From Candidatus Latescibacterota bacterium (GTDB lineage: Bacteria > Latescibacterota > UBA2968 > GCA-2709665), in NCBI GenBank assembly GCA_965222075.1, contig OZ244937.1, positions 4,992,001-5,056,000 of the forward strand: DNA of 64,000 bases. The letters run 5' to 3'. This document shows positions 19,239-29,737 of this stretch, piece by piece. The notes under the pieces were generated by a model that was not told the origin of the DNA, did not search any database, and worked only from the letters and a program-made list of their open reading frames with translations. Position 1 is the stretch's first letter. Every line of letters starts with the position of its first letter. Both the position numbers and the translations under genes were made by a program.

Positions 19239-20363
19239 CTAAAGCCCGAGGATACGTTTTGTGGTGCCGCCCATGATCATGGCCAGGTCTTCGGAGCCGA
19301 GGAAGGCGCAGTATTTTTCGATCCAGCGGCGGGACTGGCGGTAGGTGCAGAAGCGGTTCTGGAAGGGCATGTCCGTGCCCCAGTTCAGGTGGTTGGGGCC
19401 GACGCGTTCGACCATTTGTTCGAGGGTCGGCCAGACTTCGCGGTAGGGAAAGTCGAAGAGGTCGCCGATGCGGACGGGGAAGCAGACTTCCAGGTTGCAG
19501 TTCGGGTTCCGGAAGGGGGCCCAGACGTCATCGGACAGGGTGATGCCGTCTTCATCTAAGAAGGCACGCCAGGGGAAGCCGTGGGTGAGGTTGACCACGG
19601 CCTCCGGATAACGCTCCATCCAGCGGATGAGGATTTTCTGTTCTTCGATGTAGCCCCGGCGCTGATCGGCGACAGGCCTGTCTTTTCCATACAGGTCGTC
19701 CGGGCCGGAGGCGAGGGTGAAGAAGATAGGGACGTTGAGGGCGGTGGCGGCGTCCCAGAAGGGCCGGTAGGCCCCCCCGTCCCAGGGGTCGGTGCGTCCC
19801 AGATAGGCGGAATAGGCGTTGAATTTGATGGCATGCAGTCCATGGGTATTGATGGCGGTGTTCAACTCTTCAATCACGATGTCGGTTTCGGTTGTGATGC
19901 GCCATTCGTCCACGGGCGCCATAGAACGCAGGCGGTCGGGGTAGCGCCGCACACAGTCGGCCAGGAATGCGCTGTTTCGACTCAGCATAGGGTTTGTGTG
20001 GATGAGGGCCATGTCCACTTCTGCGTAGTCCATCTCGGCGATGATGCTGTGGGGGGTAAATTCGAGGTTTCGCAGGTTGGGCGGATAGAACTGCTTGGTG
20101 CAGTCCTCGCCATCGATTGTCCAGACGACCCGGCCTTTTTCGTGGTTGATGCGAAAGTTCACGTCGGGGAGGCGTGAGAGGTCAACGCGGCCCTCTGGAA
20201 CGAGGCTGCTTGCCGAGACGGGCGCCCGGTCGCGAATCCGCCAGGCGGGCTGGTGGTGCCTGGCCTGCGCGGACTGGACCCACCGGAGGTGTTCCTCGCT
20301 GCTGGAAAATCCGGCGGGGGCGTCGCCGGGTTCGAAGCAGTAGACGTGGGAGTCGATGATCAT
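19239..20363 (-). CDS. Amidohydrolase family protein (Amidohydro_2)
   Basis: MIIDSHVY start and WGTDMPF motif. Confidence 0.85.
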   Translation of the reverse strand: MIIDSHVYCFEPGDAPAGFSSSEEHLRWVQSAQARHHQPAWRIRDRAPVSASSLVPEGRVDLSRLPDVNFRINHEKGRVVWTIDGEDCTKQFYPPNLRNLEFTPHSIIAEMDYAEVDMALIHTNPMLSRNSAFLADCVRRYPDRLRSMAPVDEWRITTETDIVIEELNTAINTHGLHAIKFNAYSAYLGRTDPWDGGAYRPFWDAATALNVPIFFTLASGPDDLYGKDRPVADQRRGYIEEQKILIRWMERYPEAVVNLTHGFPWRAFLDEDGITLSDDVWAPFRNPNCNLEVCFPVRIGDLFDFPYREVWPTLEQMVERVGPNHLNWGTDMPFQNRFCTYRQSRRWIEKYCAFLGSEDLAMIMGGTTKRILGL

Positions 20364-20397
20364 AGGAATGTGAAGCGTGAAGATGATTATCAGACGA

Positions 20398-21438
20398 TCA
20401 TCCGCTGAGCACTTCGATTTCGCGGTCGGCTCCGCTGAGCGGAAGGTTGGTCCAGGCGGCGCTGCGGGCGTGTGAGGCGTGGAGCGCGACAATGGCTTCA
20501 AAGGTGCGAGCGGCCTCCACGCCGGGATACGAGAAAGGGGCGCCGTTATCGAGCCAGGTGACGATATCCTCCACGGCCCGGTCCATGGAGGATATCCCGT
20601 CGTCCGGTTCGAGCCAGTGTTCCTGACGTCCGTCCCAGTATTCGAGTGTGACATCGGAGCCGACGACTGCGCGGCCTTCGGCGCCGTTGACCACGATCTG
20701 CGCGGGCACGGCGCCGTAGTCTGCCGCATCTACGGTGACGATGAGGCCGCCGTCCAGCCGCATCATGCCCCAGCCGCCGGGATCGCGAAATTGGGGTCCA
20801 CGGCAATCGGGCTTGCCGGCAAGATCGAGGGTACCGGAGACGGCCCGGACTTCCCGGCCGGTGAGCATGCGGACCGTGTCGATCATGTGGGTGCCGACGT
20901 TTCCCAGCCGGCCGGATCCCCACAGCAGCGAGGCGGAGATCAGTTCACCCAGGCCCCCTGAGGTGATGTGATCGCGCAACTGGCGCATGGTGGGGTTGAA
21001 CCGCCGGTTGTGGTTGATGGCCAGGATGGCCCCGGCATCGTCACACGCCGCCACCATCCGCTCTGCATCCGAAACCAGGGTGGCGATCGGTTTTTCGCAG
21101 TAGATGGCGCGAATCCCTCGTTCAGCGCAGGCGACTGTGATTTCGGCGTGGACCGGGGCATAGGTGGCCACGCTGACGATGTCGAATGCTTCCCGGGCGA
21201 GCATCTCTTTCCAGTCGGCATAGGTCTGGACGCCCGTGCGTTGCGTGAAGCGTTCCCGCCGTCCGGGGTCGCGGCTGGAACCGGCTATCAGATCAACGCG
21301 GGGATGGTTGGACAGGGCACCCACGTGCGTGCCGTCCAGATGGCTAACCTGCTGTCCCAGGGCGTCTCCGGAGACCTGATCGGCTCCGCCGATATATCCA
21401 AGTCCGATGATGCCCGCACAGTAAGTTGTTTTGCTCAT
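20398..21438 (-). CDS. Gfo/Idh/MocA family oxidoreductase
   Basis: GIIGLG, CEKP, NHNRRF and GTHMID motifs. Confidence 0.92.
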   Translation of the reverse strand: MSKTTYCAGIIGLGYIGGADQVSGDALGQQVSHLDGTHVGALSNHPRVDLIAGSSRDPGRRERFTQRTGVQTYADWKEMLAREAFDIVSVATYAPVHAEITVACAERGIRAIYCEKPIATLVSDAERMVAACDDAGAILAINHNRRFNPTMRQLRDHITSGGLGELISASLLWGSGRLGNVGTHMIDTVRMLTGREVRAVSGTLDLAGKPDCRGPQFRDPGGWGMMRLDGGLIVTVDAADYGAVPAQIVVNGAEGRAVVGSDVTLEYWDGRQEHWLEPDDGISSMDRAVEDIVTWLDNGAPFSYPGVEAARTFEAIVALHASHARSAAWTNLPLSGADREIEVLSG

Positions 21439-21525
21439 GGGATTTCGGTCCTTGTTTGGGGCATGCGCGACCAGGGGACATCAAGCACGATCTGGTGGTT
21501 GTGAGGGTGAACGATTCCCCCGCCC

Positions 21526-22026
21526 TCACCTTAAACGTTGTCTCTGGCTCTTGAGGGCAAACGATTTATCATCGATGGCTCTCTGTACGGTCAGGATACC
21601 GTCGAGGTGATCGACTTCGTGCTGTAAGAGTTCCGAGAGGTCTTCCTCAAGATGCATGTTCTGTTCCCTCCAGGTTTCATCCCGGTAGGTGATTCTGCAT
21701 GTTTTGTGCCTGGATACTTTTACCAGGATGTCGGGAAAACTCATGCAGTCATCCCAGAGGTCCATCATTTCCGCGCTTTTGTGATGCAGCACAGGGTTTA
21801 GGAAGATGACCGGTGCGTGGATGTGCATGTAGACCAGCCGTTTCATTACCCCAATTTGGGGCGCGGCGATGGCCCGGCCGCAGTTATATTTTTTTCTGAA
21901 TTCCATCATCGTGTCGTGCAGGTCCCCGACGACGGATTGGATGTGTTCGAGTTCGGCTTCTTGAACAGGCTCACATTTCTCATAGAGTTTGGGGTTTCCA
22001 AGCTGCAGAATTTCTCTAACGGCCAC
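21526..22026 (-). CDS. def: Peptide deformylase (variant motifs)
   Basis: AAPQIG, CMS and QHEVDHLDG motifs. Confidence 0.85.
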   Translation of the reverse strand: MAVREILQLGNPKLYEKCEPVQEAELEHIQSVVGDLHDTMMEFRKKYNCGRAIAAPQIGVMKRLVYMHIHAPVIFLNPVLHHKSAEMMDLWDDCMSFPDILVKVSRHKTCRITYRDETWREQNMHLEEDLSELLQHEVDHLDGILTVQRAIDDKSFALKSQRQRLR

Positions 22027-22114
22027 TTTTGAAGCCCGCTATCAGAGGGTGCGTAAGGGATCGCTTATGTACGGTATAACAATCGATGAAGATTGATTGA
22101 CAGATAAAAGAAGT

Positions 22115-23317
22115 TCAGACTGCCCACTTTTCCATTTTCGTCTCGTCCAGTTCGATACCCAGGCCGGGTTTTTTGAAGGGGCGAAGCGAGCCGTTTTCAA
22201 ATTTGAACGGGGTGACGCAGATGTCGTCGATGAGGAGTTCGGGGCTGATGAGGTCGGAGGGCACGGTTACGTTTTTGGACGCCACAGCCAGGTGTACGAA
22301 AGCTGCGGTGCCGGGACCCATCTCGATGGTGCTGCCGAGCAGGACGGGGATGCCGGCCGCCTCGGCGAGGTGAATGAGGCGCTGGGCGCGCATTACGCCT
22401 CCGGCCTGCGAAGGGATGACGTTGATCACATCCACGGCGCGGTGACGGACGAGCGCCGCCGAGAACTGGTCGTTGAGGTCAGCCACGTGTTCGATGATGT
22501 CGATGGGAGACGCTGTCCGGACGCGGGCGAGGGACATGGCCGCCCCGTCCGCGTTTTTGTTGATCTGCTCCGGGTTGTCGTTGGCAACGGCCCGGTTCAC
22601 GGCGACGACCGGCGTTTCGCATGCATTTGCGCCCGCCTCGGCCATGTCCTTGACCTTTTGAATCGCCTCGTCCTCTTCCCACGAGCCGCTGGCGTCCACT
22701 TTGAGGTAGAGGTCGGGACCGACGATCTCTCGGAACAGTCTGATGCGGGCCAGGTCCCTGGGGTGATCCTTGCCCACTTTGAGTTTGAATGCCATCAGGC
22801 CTTTTTCGGCCTTTTCTCTGATTTCGTCGCCGAAGGCTGCGAGTTCCTCTTCCAGCGGAATATCTCCGCGGAGGTAGGCGACCCAGCAGATGTCCACGCA
22901 GTCGTGGTATCGGCCGCCCAGGAGTTCGTAGAGCGGGGCGCCGTAGGTTTTGCCGACCAAGTCGAGCAGGGCGATTTCGACGCCGAAGAGGGTCAGGTTT
23001 CTCAATTCGGGATGGAAGGCAGCCGGCAGGGCCTCGGCCGTACGTTCGTGGAGCGCCCTCCAGCGCTTTACGTCTTGCCCGAGCAGGACATCCGTCAGGA
23101 GGTCGCGCAGGTCGGCGGCAGACAGGGGGTGCATGCGGTCGGCGATATCGGATACCTCACCCAGGCCGACCCGGCCATCGTCGGTGAAGATTTCGAGGAT
23201 CTGATACCTGGAGCGGCTGTGGTCGGTATCGGCCTGGAGCCGTCCGGGGTCTGCAGCATAGGTTTCGTAGATGCGCGGGACCGAGACTTCTCGGACGCGC
23301 AGGTCGGCGATATGCAT
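22115..23317 (-). CDS. Enolase superfamily protein (MLE-like subgroup)
   Basis: GLGE, ALLDLVGK...PLYELLGG, KLKVG, DAS and ETP motifs. Confidence 0.88.
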   Translation of the reverse strand: MHIADLRVREVSVPRIYETYAADPGRLQADTDHSRSRYQILEIFTDDGRVGLGEVSDIADRMHPLSAADLRDLLTDVLLGQDVKRWRALHERTAEALPAAFHPELRNLTLFGVEIALLDLVGKTYGAPLYELLGGRYHDCVDICWVAYLRGDIPLEEELAAFGDEIREKAEKGLMAFKLKVGKDHPRDLARIRLFREIVGPDLYLKVDASGSWEEDEAIQKVKDMAEAGANACETPVVAVNRAVANDNPEQINKNADGAAMSLARVRTASPIDIIEHVADLNDQFSAALVRHRAVDVINVIPSQAGGVMRAQRLIHLAEAAGIPVLLGSTIEMGPGTAAFVHLAVASKNVTVPSDLISPELLIDDICVTPFKFENGSLRPFKKPGLGIELDETKMEKWAV

Positions 23318-23448
23318 AGGGATTGAAGATTGAGGATTGAAGATTGGCCCGACTCACTCCCAACCATACATAGTGCAAAGCTTCTACAATGTCAAGATAA
23401 AAGAAGCGCGGAAGTGGTCATAGCCAAATATAGAACGGAATCGAAATC

Positions 23449-24984
23449 TTACATCCAGAGATTGCGATCCAGGCTTCGGTATTGGATGGCCTCTCCTACA
23501 TGTTGGGGTTTGATGTCGGTTTCTCCTTCCAGGTCGGCGATTGTGCGGCTGACTTTCAAGATTCTGTCGTAAGCGCGGGCGGAGAGGCCCAGCTTGGTGA
23601 TGGCCATTTTTAATAGTTCGTCTCCCTTGCTGTCAATCCGGCAGTAGTCGCGGATTTCCCGGGTGCCCATGTGGGCGTTGCAGTAGAGGTGTTTCCTGTT
23701 GCGAAAACGGTGGTGTTGAAGCTGGCGGGCGGTGTTGACGCGCTCCCGGATGGTTTCGGAGGGTTCACCGGCCGGTTCACTGGAGAGTTCGGTGTAGTCG
23801 ACGGCGGGGACTTCGATGTGGATGTCGATGCGGTCCAGGAGGGGGCCGGAGATGCGGGACATGTAGCGCTGGATGAAGGGGGGCGAGCAGGTGCATTCGT
23901 TTTTTGGGTCGCCGAAGTAGCCGCAGGGGCAGGGGTTCATGGCGCAGGCGAGCATGAACTGGGCGGGGTAGGTGAGGGAGATGGCGGCCCGGGCGATGGT
24001 GACGAAGCCGTCTTCGAGGGGCTGGCGGAGGACTTCTAAGACATTTTTCTTGAATTCCGGAAGTTCGTCCAAGAAGAGGACGCCGTGGTGGGCTAAGGAG
24101 ACTTCGCCGGGGCGAGGGTGGGGGCCTCCTCCGATGAGGCCGGCATCGGAGATGGTGTGGTGGGGGGAGCGGAAGGGACGGACGGCGATGAGGGCGGTGT
24201 GGGGAGGCAGGAGGCCGGCGACGGAGTGGATTTTGGTGGCTTCGAGGGCTTCGTCTAAGGTGAGGTCGGGCAGGACGGTGGGGATGCGGCGGGCGAGCAT
24301 GGTTTTGCCGGAGCCGGGGGGGCCGATCAGGATGATGTTGTGTCCGCCTGCGGCGGCGACCTCCAGTGCGCGTTTGGCGTGTTCCTGACCCCGGACGTCC
24401 CGGAAGTCGACGCGGTAGTCCAGCGCCTGGCGAAAGATCCGGTCGATGTCGATCTGGAGGGGGTCGATGGTGCGGTAGCCTTCGAGGAATTCGAGGGCTT
24501 CTATCAGGTCGTTCACGGGATGGATGGCGAGGCCCCCGGCGATGGCGGCCTCCCGGGCGTTTTCTCTGGCGAGGATCATGCCCTTCAGGCCGGCCCGGCG
24601 GGCTTCGACGGCCATGGGGAGGACGCCCCGGACGGGGCGAACGCCGCCGTCGAGGGAAAGTTCTCCGAGGATGGCGTAGCCGGAGAGGATTTCGGGGGAG
24701 ATGGCGCCGGCGGCGGCCAGGATGCCGACGGCGATGGGGAGGTCGAAGGCGGAGCCTTCTTTGCGAATGTCGGCGGGAGCGAGGTTGACGGTGACGCGGC
24801 GGTTGGGGAAGACCCTTCCGGAGTTGCGGATGGCGGCGATGACCCGGTCTCTGCTTTCTTTGACGGCGTTGTCGGGCAGGCCGACGACGGAGAAGGCCGG
24901 GATCTGACGGTCGAGGTCGTTTTCGATGTGGACGATATAGGCGTTGATGCCGAGGGTGGCGCAGCTGAGGACGCGGGACATCAT
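23449..24984 (-). CDS. comM: ComM/YifB Mg-chelatase-like AAA+ ATPase
   Basis: [31 protein letters not shown] and LSARAYDR motifs. Confidence 0.95.
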   Translation of the reverse strand: MMSRVLSCATLGINAYIVHIENDLDRQIPAFSVVGLPDNAVKESRDRVIAAIRNSGRVFPNRRVTVNLAPADIRKEGSAFDLPIAVGILAAAGAISPEILSGYAILGELSLDGGVRPVRGVLPMAVEARRAGLKGMILARENAREAAIAGGLAIHPVNDLIEALEFLEGYRTIDPLQIDIDRIFRQALDYRVDFRDVRGQEHAKRALEVAAAGGHNIILIGPPGSGKTMLARRIPTVLPDLTLDEALEATKIHSVAGLLPPHTALIAVRPFRSPHHTISDAGLIGGGPHPRPGEVSLAHHGVLFLDELPEFKKNVLEVLRQPLEDGFVTIARAAISLTYPAQFMLACAMNPCPCGYFGDPKNECTCSPPFIQRYMSRISGPLLDRIDIHIEVPAVDYTELSSEPAGEPSETIRERVNTARQLQHHRFRNRKHLYCNAHMGTREIRDYCRIDSKGDELLKMAITKLGLSARAYDRILKVSRTIADLEGETDIKPQHVGEAIQYRSLDRNLWM

Positions 24985-25017
24985 GGGGGGCCTCCTTGAA
25001 TCGATAAACCTTTTTGA

Positions 25018-25034
25018 ACCGCAGAGACGCGGAG
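25018..25034. repeat. Half copy of the ACCGCAGAGACGC repeat upstream of comM
   Basis: ACCGCAGAGACGCGGAG. Confidence 0.6.
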
Positions 25035-25388
25035 GGCGCGGGGAACTGCGCTGTCGATTCGAGAAGGCAAAGGATATGCCAAGGGGGGTGATTTAATGTA
25101 AGTGGTTATTTTAGTGAGAGATACTATTGTTAAAGCGCAAAGGAAGGGATAGGTGAGGTGCAAGGGGTTTTCAGAATAGGAGGGTGAGGTTGAACAGGGT
25201 GTTCAATCGGGGTGTGAGGAAAGCAGCCTAAGGGATCCGGCGTTCAGCCGCGGGCAGAGCGCGCAATTGTTTTGATCTCTACCAGGATCGCTAAATCCGG
25301 GCGCCGCTTTCTCCATACACCGTCCTGGTCGGGACGTTCAATATCGGGGAACAGGTTGCCGGGTTTTAAATCTTCACGGATCTTCACT

Positions 25389-26486
25389 CTAAATGAATTT
25401 CACGCAGACGGGCGCTCTCACGTGGGTGACGTGGCCCGTTGGCGTCAGCGCTCCCGTCTGCTGGTCGATTCGAAAGGCGACAATATTGTCGGTGTTCTGG
25501 TTGGCGGCGAACAAGAAGGTTCCGGTCGGGTCGATGGCGAAGTTGCGTGGAAATTCCCCCTGAGTTGATTCATAGCCGACACAGGTCAGTTGGCCCGTCC
25601 TACCGTCGATTTGGAAGATGACGATGCTGTCATGGCCGCGGTTGGTGCCGTAGACGAACTTGCCCGATGGGGAGACGTGGATGTCTGCACAGTAGCTTGT
25701 GTCTGAAAAATCTTCGGGGAGGGTGGTTATTGTCTGCACCTCCCTGAGGGTGCCGGCCGCGTCGTCGTAGGTGTAGGCGACGGTGGTGTTGTCCAGTTCG
25801 TTGATGAGGTAGGCATATTTGCCGTTGGGGTGGAAGGCAAAGTGGCGCGGTCCGGCGCCGGCGTGGACCTGCGTCCAGGGTTCATCGTTGGGCGTTATCG
25901 TTGCGCGGTCTGCATCGAGCCGGTAGATCAGGATTTTGTCGATTCCCAGATCCGCTGCAAAGGCGTAGCGGTTGGTCGGGTCTATGGTAATTGAATGGGC
26001 ATGGGGACCGCTCTGCCGCCCGGGGTTGACGCTGGAGCCACGATGCTGGATGAAGGCGGTCGCCTCGCCCAACTCTCCGGCGTCCTGTATGGGGAGGGCG
26101 GCCACGCTGCCGCCGCTGTAGTTCGCCACAAGGACGGCTTTGCCCGTCGCGTCGACGCTTAAGTGGCATGGCCCGGCGCCCTGCGAGGACTGGTGGTTCA
26201 GATAGGTCAAATCTCCCGTTTTCGGGTCGATGGAGAACGCGCTTACAGCGCCGCCCGCGCTGTCTTCAAAGCCATCTACTTCGTTCACCGCATAGAGGCG
26301 GCGCTTCTGGGGATCGATGGCCAGAAAGGAGGGGTTGACGATGTCCGAAACCGAACTGGCGAATTCTAAAGCGCCGGAAGAGGGGTGCATCCGATAGACG
26401 TAAATCCCTTCGCCCTGGTCCTGATCCTCTTTCCCTGTGTAGGTTCCAACATAGACCAGCATCTCTTCACGATTCTGTTCGGCCAT
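25389..26486 (-). CDS. pgl: 6-phosphogluconolactonase (YbhE/Pgl beta-propeller)
   Basis: YVGTYT, NPSFL, PCH, ANY, PHAH, GPRHF, NRGHDSI and PRNF motifs. Confidence 0.92.
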   Translation of the reverse strand: MAEQNREEMLVYVGTYTGKEDQDQGEGIYVYRMHPSSGALEFASSVSDIVNPSFLAIDPQKRRLYAVNEVDGFEDSAGGAVSAFSIDPKTGDLTYLNHQSSQGAGPCHLSVDATGKAVLVANYSGGSVAALPIQDAGELGEATAFIQHRGSSVNPGRQSGPHAHSITIDPTNRYAFAADLGIDKILIYRLDADRATITPNDEPWTQVHAGAGPRHFAFHPNGKYAYLINELDNTTVAYTYDDAAGTLREVQTITTLPEDFSDTSYCADIHVSPSGKFVYGTNRGHDSIVIFQIDGRTGQLTCVGYESTQGEFPRNFAIDPTGTFLFAANQNTDNIVAFRIDQQTGALTPTGHVTHVRAPVCVKFI

Positions 26487-26704
26487 GGTTTGTGCCCTCC
26501 GCGTTTTATGGGTGGATGCCTCCGGCCTGATCCTTTCTGACGTCCATCCGGTTTTTTATCAGGCCATAGACCTGCTTGAACCGGACATTTGTTGCAATAT
26601 CGGCGATGTGCCGAGGCGTTGCAATCACGACTATCGGGCGGGGACGGTGCGCGATCAGGAGTCGGCGGATGTCCGGGATGGGGACCGTGAGTCAGAGCAG
26701 GTAA

Positions 26705-28120
26705 CTATGAACTCGGGTCTGTGGGCGGCCGCACATCCGCCCAAGGCGCAAGGGCTTCAAAGGCAGCGGACGCGCGAAGCACGGTGATATCGTCGCGCCA
26801 GCGCCCGACGATGTGCAGGCCAACCGGCAGGCGGTTGCTGGCGAAGCCGCAGGGTAGAGTCGCCGCGGGCTGTCCGGTGATGTCGAACGGATAGGTAAAG
26901 GCAGTCCAGCCCAGATAAGTGGTCGGCCGGCCGTCAATCTGTGCCGGGTGATCGTCGCCGGCCGTGAAGGCGGTTACGGGGAGTGTAGGCGTCAGCATTA
27001 AGTCGTAGCTTTGCATGAATACACGCCAATTGTGGTAGTAGTCATTCCGTTGTGTGTAGGCCGAGGCCAGTTCTGCCGCAGAAAACCGTTGCCCCTGTTC
27101 CATCACTGCCAGAAGGCCGGGGTCTATGAGATCCCGGACCTCGTTCAGGTTATGGAGATATATACCGGCAAATGCGGACGCCCAGATCAGGTTGACAAAG
27201 TCCCACGGATCCTGGACCTCTGGATGGGCTTCTTCAACGTGGCACCCCAGCTCACCGAAGCGCTGTGCGGCCGCAGCAGCGATTTCGCGTACTTCCGAGT
27301 CGATGGCCGCATAGCCCAGATCGGGCGACCAAGCCACACGCAGACCCGCGATGCTTCCCTCCATCGCACTTAAGAAGTCGGTTTGGACGGGAAGGGAGAG
27401 ACGGTCACGCGGGTCGGCGCCGGCCATCGCGGTGAGCATAAGCGCTGCATCTCGCACGGTTCGCGTGATTGGACCGATGTGTGAGAGTAGCTCGACAACG
27501 CTGGCCGGATACTGGGGGATGAGCCCCCACGACGGCTTCAGACCGTAGAGGCCGCAAAAGGACGCGGGTATGCGGATGGACCCGGCGCCGTCGGTTCCCT
27601 GCGCCAGCGGCCCCAGGCCAGAGGCGACTGCCGCCGCTGCGCCCCCGCTTGATCCACCGGCTGTGCGGCCAAGCTTCCACGGGTTGTGCGTTGGACCAGC
27701 AATGCGGTTGCCCGAGTCGCCTTTCCAACCCATTTCAGGGGTATTTGTTTTGCCCAGCATCACCCCCCCCGCTGCGTAGAGTCGTTCGACAATGGGCGCA
27801 TCGAAGTCCGGCACCCAGTCTTTGTAGACGAGGGAGCCGCGGGTTGTGCGAATGCCTTTTGTTGGCGTGAGGTCTTTGAGCGAAGCGGGAATGCCCGCCA
27901 GCAGTGGCGGGCATTCCTTTTTTGCATACGCCCCTTCGGCGGCGCGTGCCTGCTTGAGCGCAAGTTCCCGCGTTACCGTGATGAAGGCGTTGATGCTCGG
28001 ATTGAGCCGATCGATGCGGCTCAGGACCGCCTCGGTTACCTCAACCGGCGACACTTCACGCTTTTGATACAGGGTACGTAACTCCAGGGCTGATAAATAG
28101 CACAGATCGGTTGTATTCAC
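26705..28120 (-). CDS. Amidase signature family protein
   Basis: KD, GKTNTPE, GGSSGG and GTDGAGSIRIPAS motifs. Confidence 0.95.
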   Translation of the reverse strand: MNTTDLCYLSALELRTLYQKREVSPVEVTEAVLSRIDRLNPSINAFITVTRELALKQARAAEGAYAKKECPPLLAGIPASLKDLTPTKGIRTTRGSLVYKDWVPDFDAPIVERLYAAGGVMLGKTNTPEMGWKGDSGNRIAGPTHNPWKLGRTAGGSSGGAAAAVASGLGPLAQGTDGAGSIRIPASFCGLYGLKPSWGLIPQYPASVVELLSHIGPITRTVRDAALMLTAMAGADPRDRLSLPVQTDFLSAMEGSIAGLRVAWSPDLGYAAIDSEVREIAAAAAQRFGELGCHVEEAHPEVQDPWDFVNLIWASAFAGIYLHNLNEVRDLIDPGLLAVMEQGQRFSAAELASAYTQRNDYYHNWRVFMQSYDLMLTPTLPVTAFTAGDDHPAQIDGRPTTYLGWTAFTYPFDITGQPAATLPCGFASNRLPVGLHIVGRWRDDITVLRASAAFEALAPWADVRPPTDPSS

Positions 28121-28161
28121 ACGCTGACCCGTTTGTATGTGTGCATCACGTTTTGAAGGTA

Positions 28162-28198
28162 AAGAAACAGAAAAGGGGACTCGGGTGAGCCCCCTCTC
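28162..28198 (-). terminator. Intrinsic terminator of the TonB operon
   Basis: Minus strand GAGAGGGGGCTC-ACCC-GAGTCCCCTTTTC followed by a U-rich tail. Confidence 0.65.
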
Positions 28199-28220
28199 AT
28201 ATCAAGATCGCTTCGGCCGG

Positions 28221-29443
28221 TTATTGGCCGCTGTCCTCACCCTCTTCGCCGTCATCCATTGGGTTGCGTATTCGATCGATCTTGTCCTCGCAATATTTCT
28301 TCCATTTACGCGCATTAAGGCCCTTTTTGTAGTGGAAAATGGCCTTCTCTTTCCAGCCCGGCTTCTTGAGCGCCTCGTACGAGTCGCCGATAATGACATG
28401 TGCCGGAACCGCGTATTTCTTACTTCCGGTCGCCTTCCTGGCACTCGAAATTGCCCTTTGGTACTGCTTGGTTTCAAAATAGGCATCGGAAAGGCGAAAA
28501 TGGGCCAGGGGATTCTTGCCGTTGATCTGAATCGCGCGTTGATAAGAATTGATGGCGCTCTTGTAGTGTTTTCGCCGTGTATGGGCGTAGCCGAGGTCCA
28601 CGAGCACCTTGGCATCTTTGGGGGCAACCTGATTGGCTTTGTTCAGGATGTCTATTGCCTTTGCGGGTTGTTTTGTTTGCAGGTATACCTGCGCCAGATT
28701 GCGATAGACGATAATATTCTTAGAGTCGTTCGCAATCGCCCTGCGGTAGGCTCGAATCGCCTTGCTGTGTTCTTGGTGCTTTTATAGAGGTTGCCCAGAG
28801 CGCTGAATGCCCTGGCATATTTGGGATTGAGGGCTGTCGCGGTCGTGTAGGCCTCTTCGGCCTTTCTATAGTTCCGAGCGCCTTTGTAGGCCAACCCCAG
28901 GTTATAAAATGCGGTGGCATCGGTGGGGTCTAACTGCGTGGCATTTTCATACTGTACGATGGCATTCTTGTAGCTGCGCCGCTTGAGGTAGCGGGTGCCC
29001 TGTTGCAAATAGGCGAGTTTCAGGTATTCCCTGGACTTCCCGTCAGCAAGTTTGGGGTCGATTTCCAGGACCTTCTGGAAGCTGTCCTGAGCATCTCCGT
29101 ATTTTTTTAAGAAAGTGAGATAAATCTGTCCCAGTTCGAAGTAGGCCGCGGCATAGTCGGGTTTTACGGTAACGGCCATCCGGTAGGCCTCCACGGATTT
29201 TTGGTAATTCCTGAGCTTTTTGTAAGTACTCCCCATTGCCCGGTAGGCCTGGGCATTCTTGCCGTCGAGCCGCACCGCCTCTTCGAAGGCCGCAAGGGCT
29301 TCCTGGAACCGGCGCTTTTTGACCAGTTCCAGCCCTGAATTGTACTTTTCGGCCGATTCGGGCGAGACCTGGGCTGTGGCCGGGGTGGCCAGGCACAGAG
29401 ATGAGAGGAGAACCGTCAAAAATTTTATGGATCTCTTCCTCAT
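28221..29443 (-). pseudogene. Secreted TPR protein split by a 1-bp frameshift near 28770
   Basis: Signal peptide plus TPR repeats. The TPR pattern continues in another frame (HSKAIRAYRRAIANDSKN...) into the 28221-28607 ORF. This could be a sequencing error. Confidence 0.8.
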
Positions 29444-29662
29444 TGTGTTACTCCATAAGAGATTATGGAAAGGGTTCGTGCTGGAACGGAACTGTAGACG
29501 GCATAATATTGCAAATTTTTGGCACGCTGTCAAGGGTTTTAACATGCCAAAGGGCCACCGTGCATTTCAGATGTCAATACGCGGTGGCCCTGATCCGGAT
29601 GCGGCATCCTGCCTGAGAAGCTGTCTTAAAACCCCCAGCGGTCTTCGCGCGGCTGCAAAAGC

Positions 29663-29700
29663 ACCTGTCTGCCTGCTTGCGCGCAGCAGCGCAAGCAGGT
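29663..29700. repeat. (A/G)CCTGC...GCAGGT palindromic repeat; relatives at 32006-32057 and 38265-38308
   Basis: GCCTGCTTGCGC / GCGCAAGCAGGT inverted arms. Confidence 0.6.
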
Positions 29701-29737
29701 GTCGGTCGGCGTTGGTCAAACCCATCCGTTTCTAAGA

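Noticed and set aside
19239-20729. N-terminal extensions in the ORF track (also 2017, 3249, 8361, 47499, 54907, 61094)
   Set aside because: They overlap neighbouring genes, repeats or terminators. Downstream starts that match the family N-termini, mostly with an SD, fit better.
22097-23326. Long antisense or overlapping ORFs (also 48444-49700, 55186-56367, 56389-57462, 39904-40908)
   Set aside because: These are shadow frames of well-supported genes in GC-rich DNA, with no recognisable motifs.
25211-25235. SRP RNA (AGGAAAGCAGCC resembles the domain IV motif)
   Set aside because: The CAGG-stem-GNRA half of the motif is missing.
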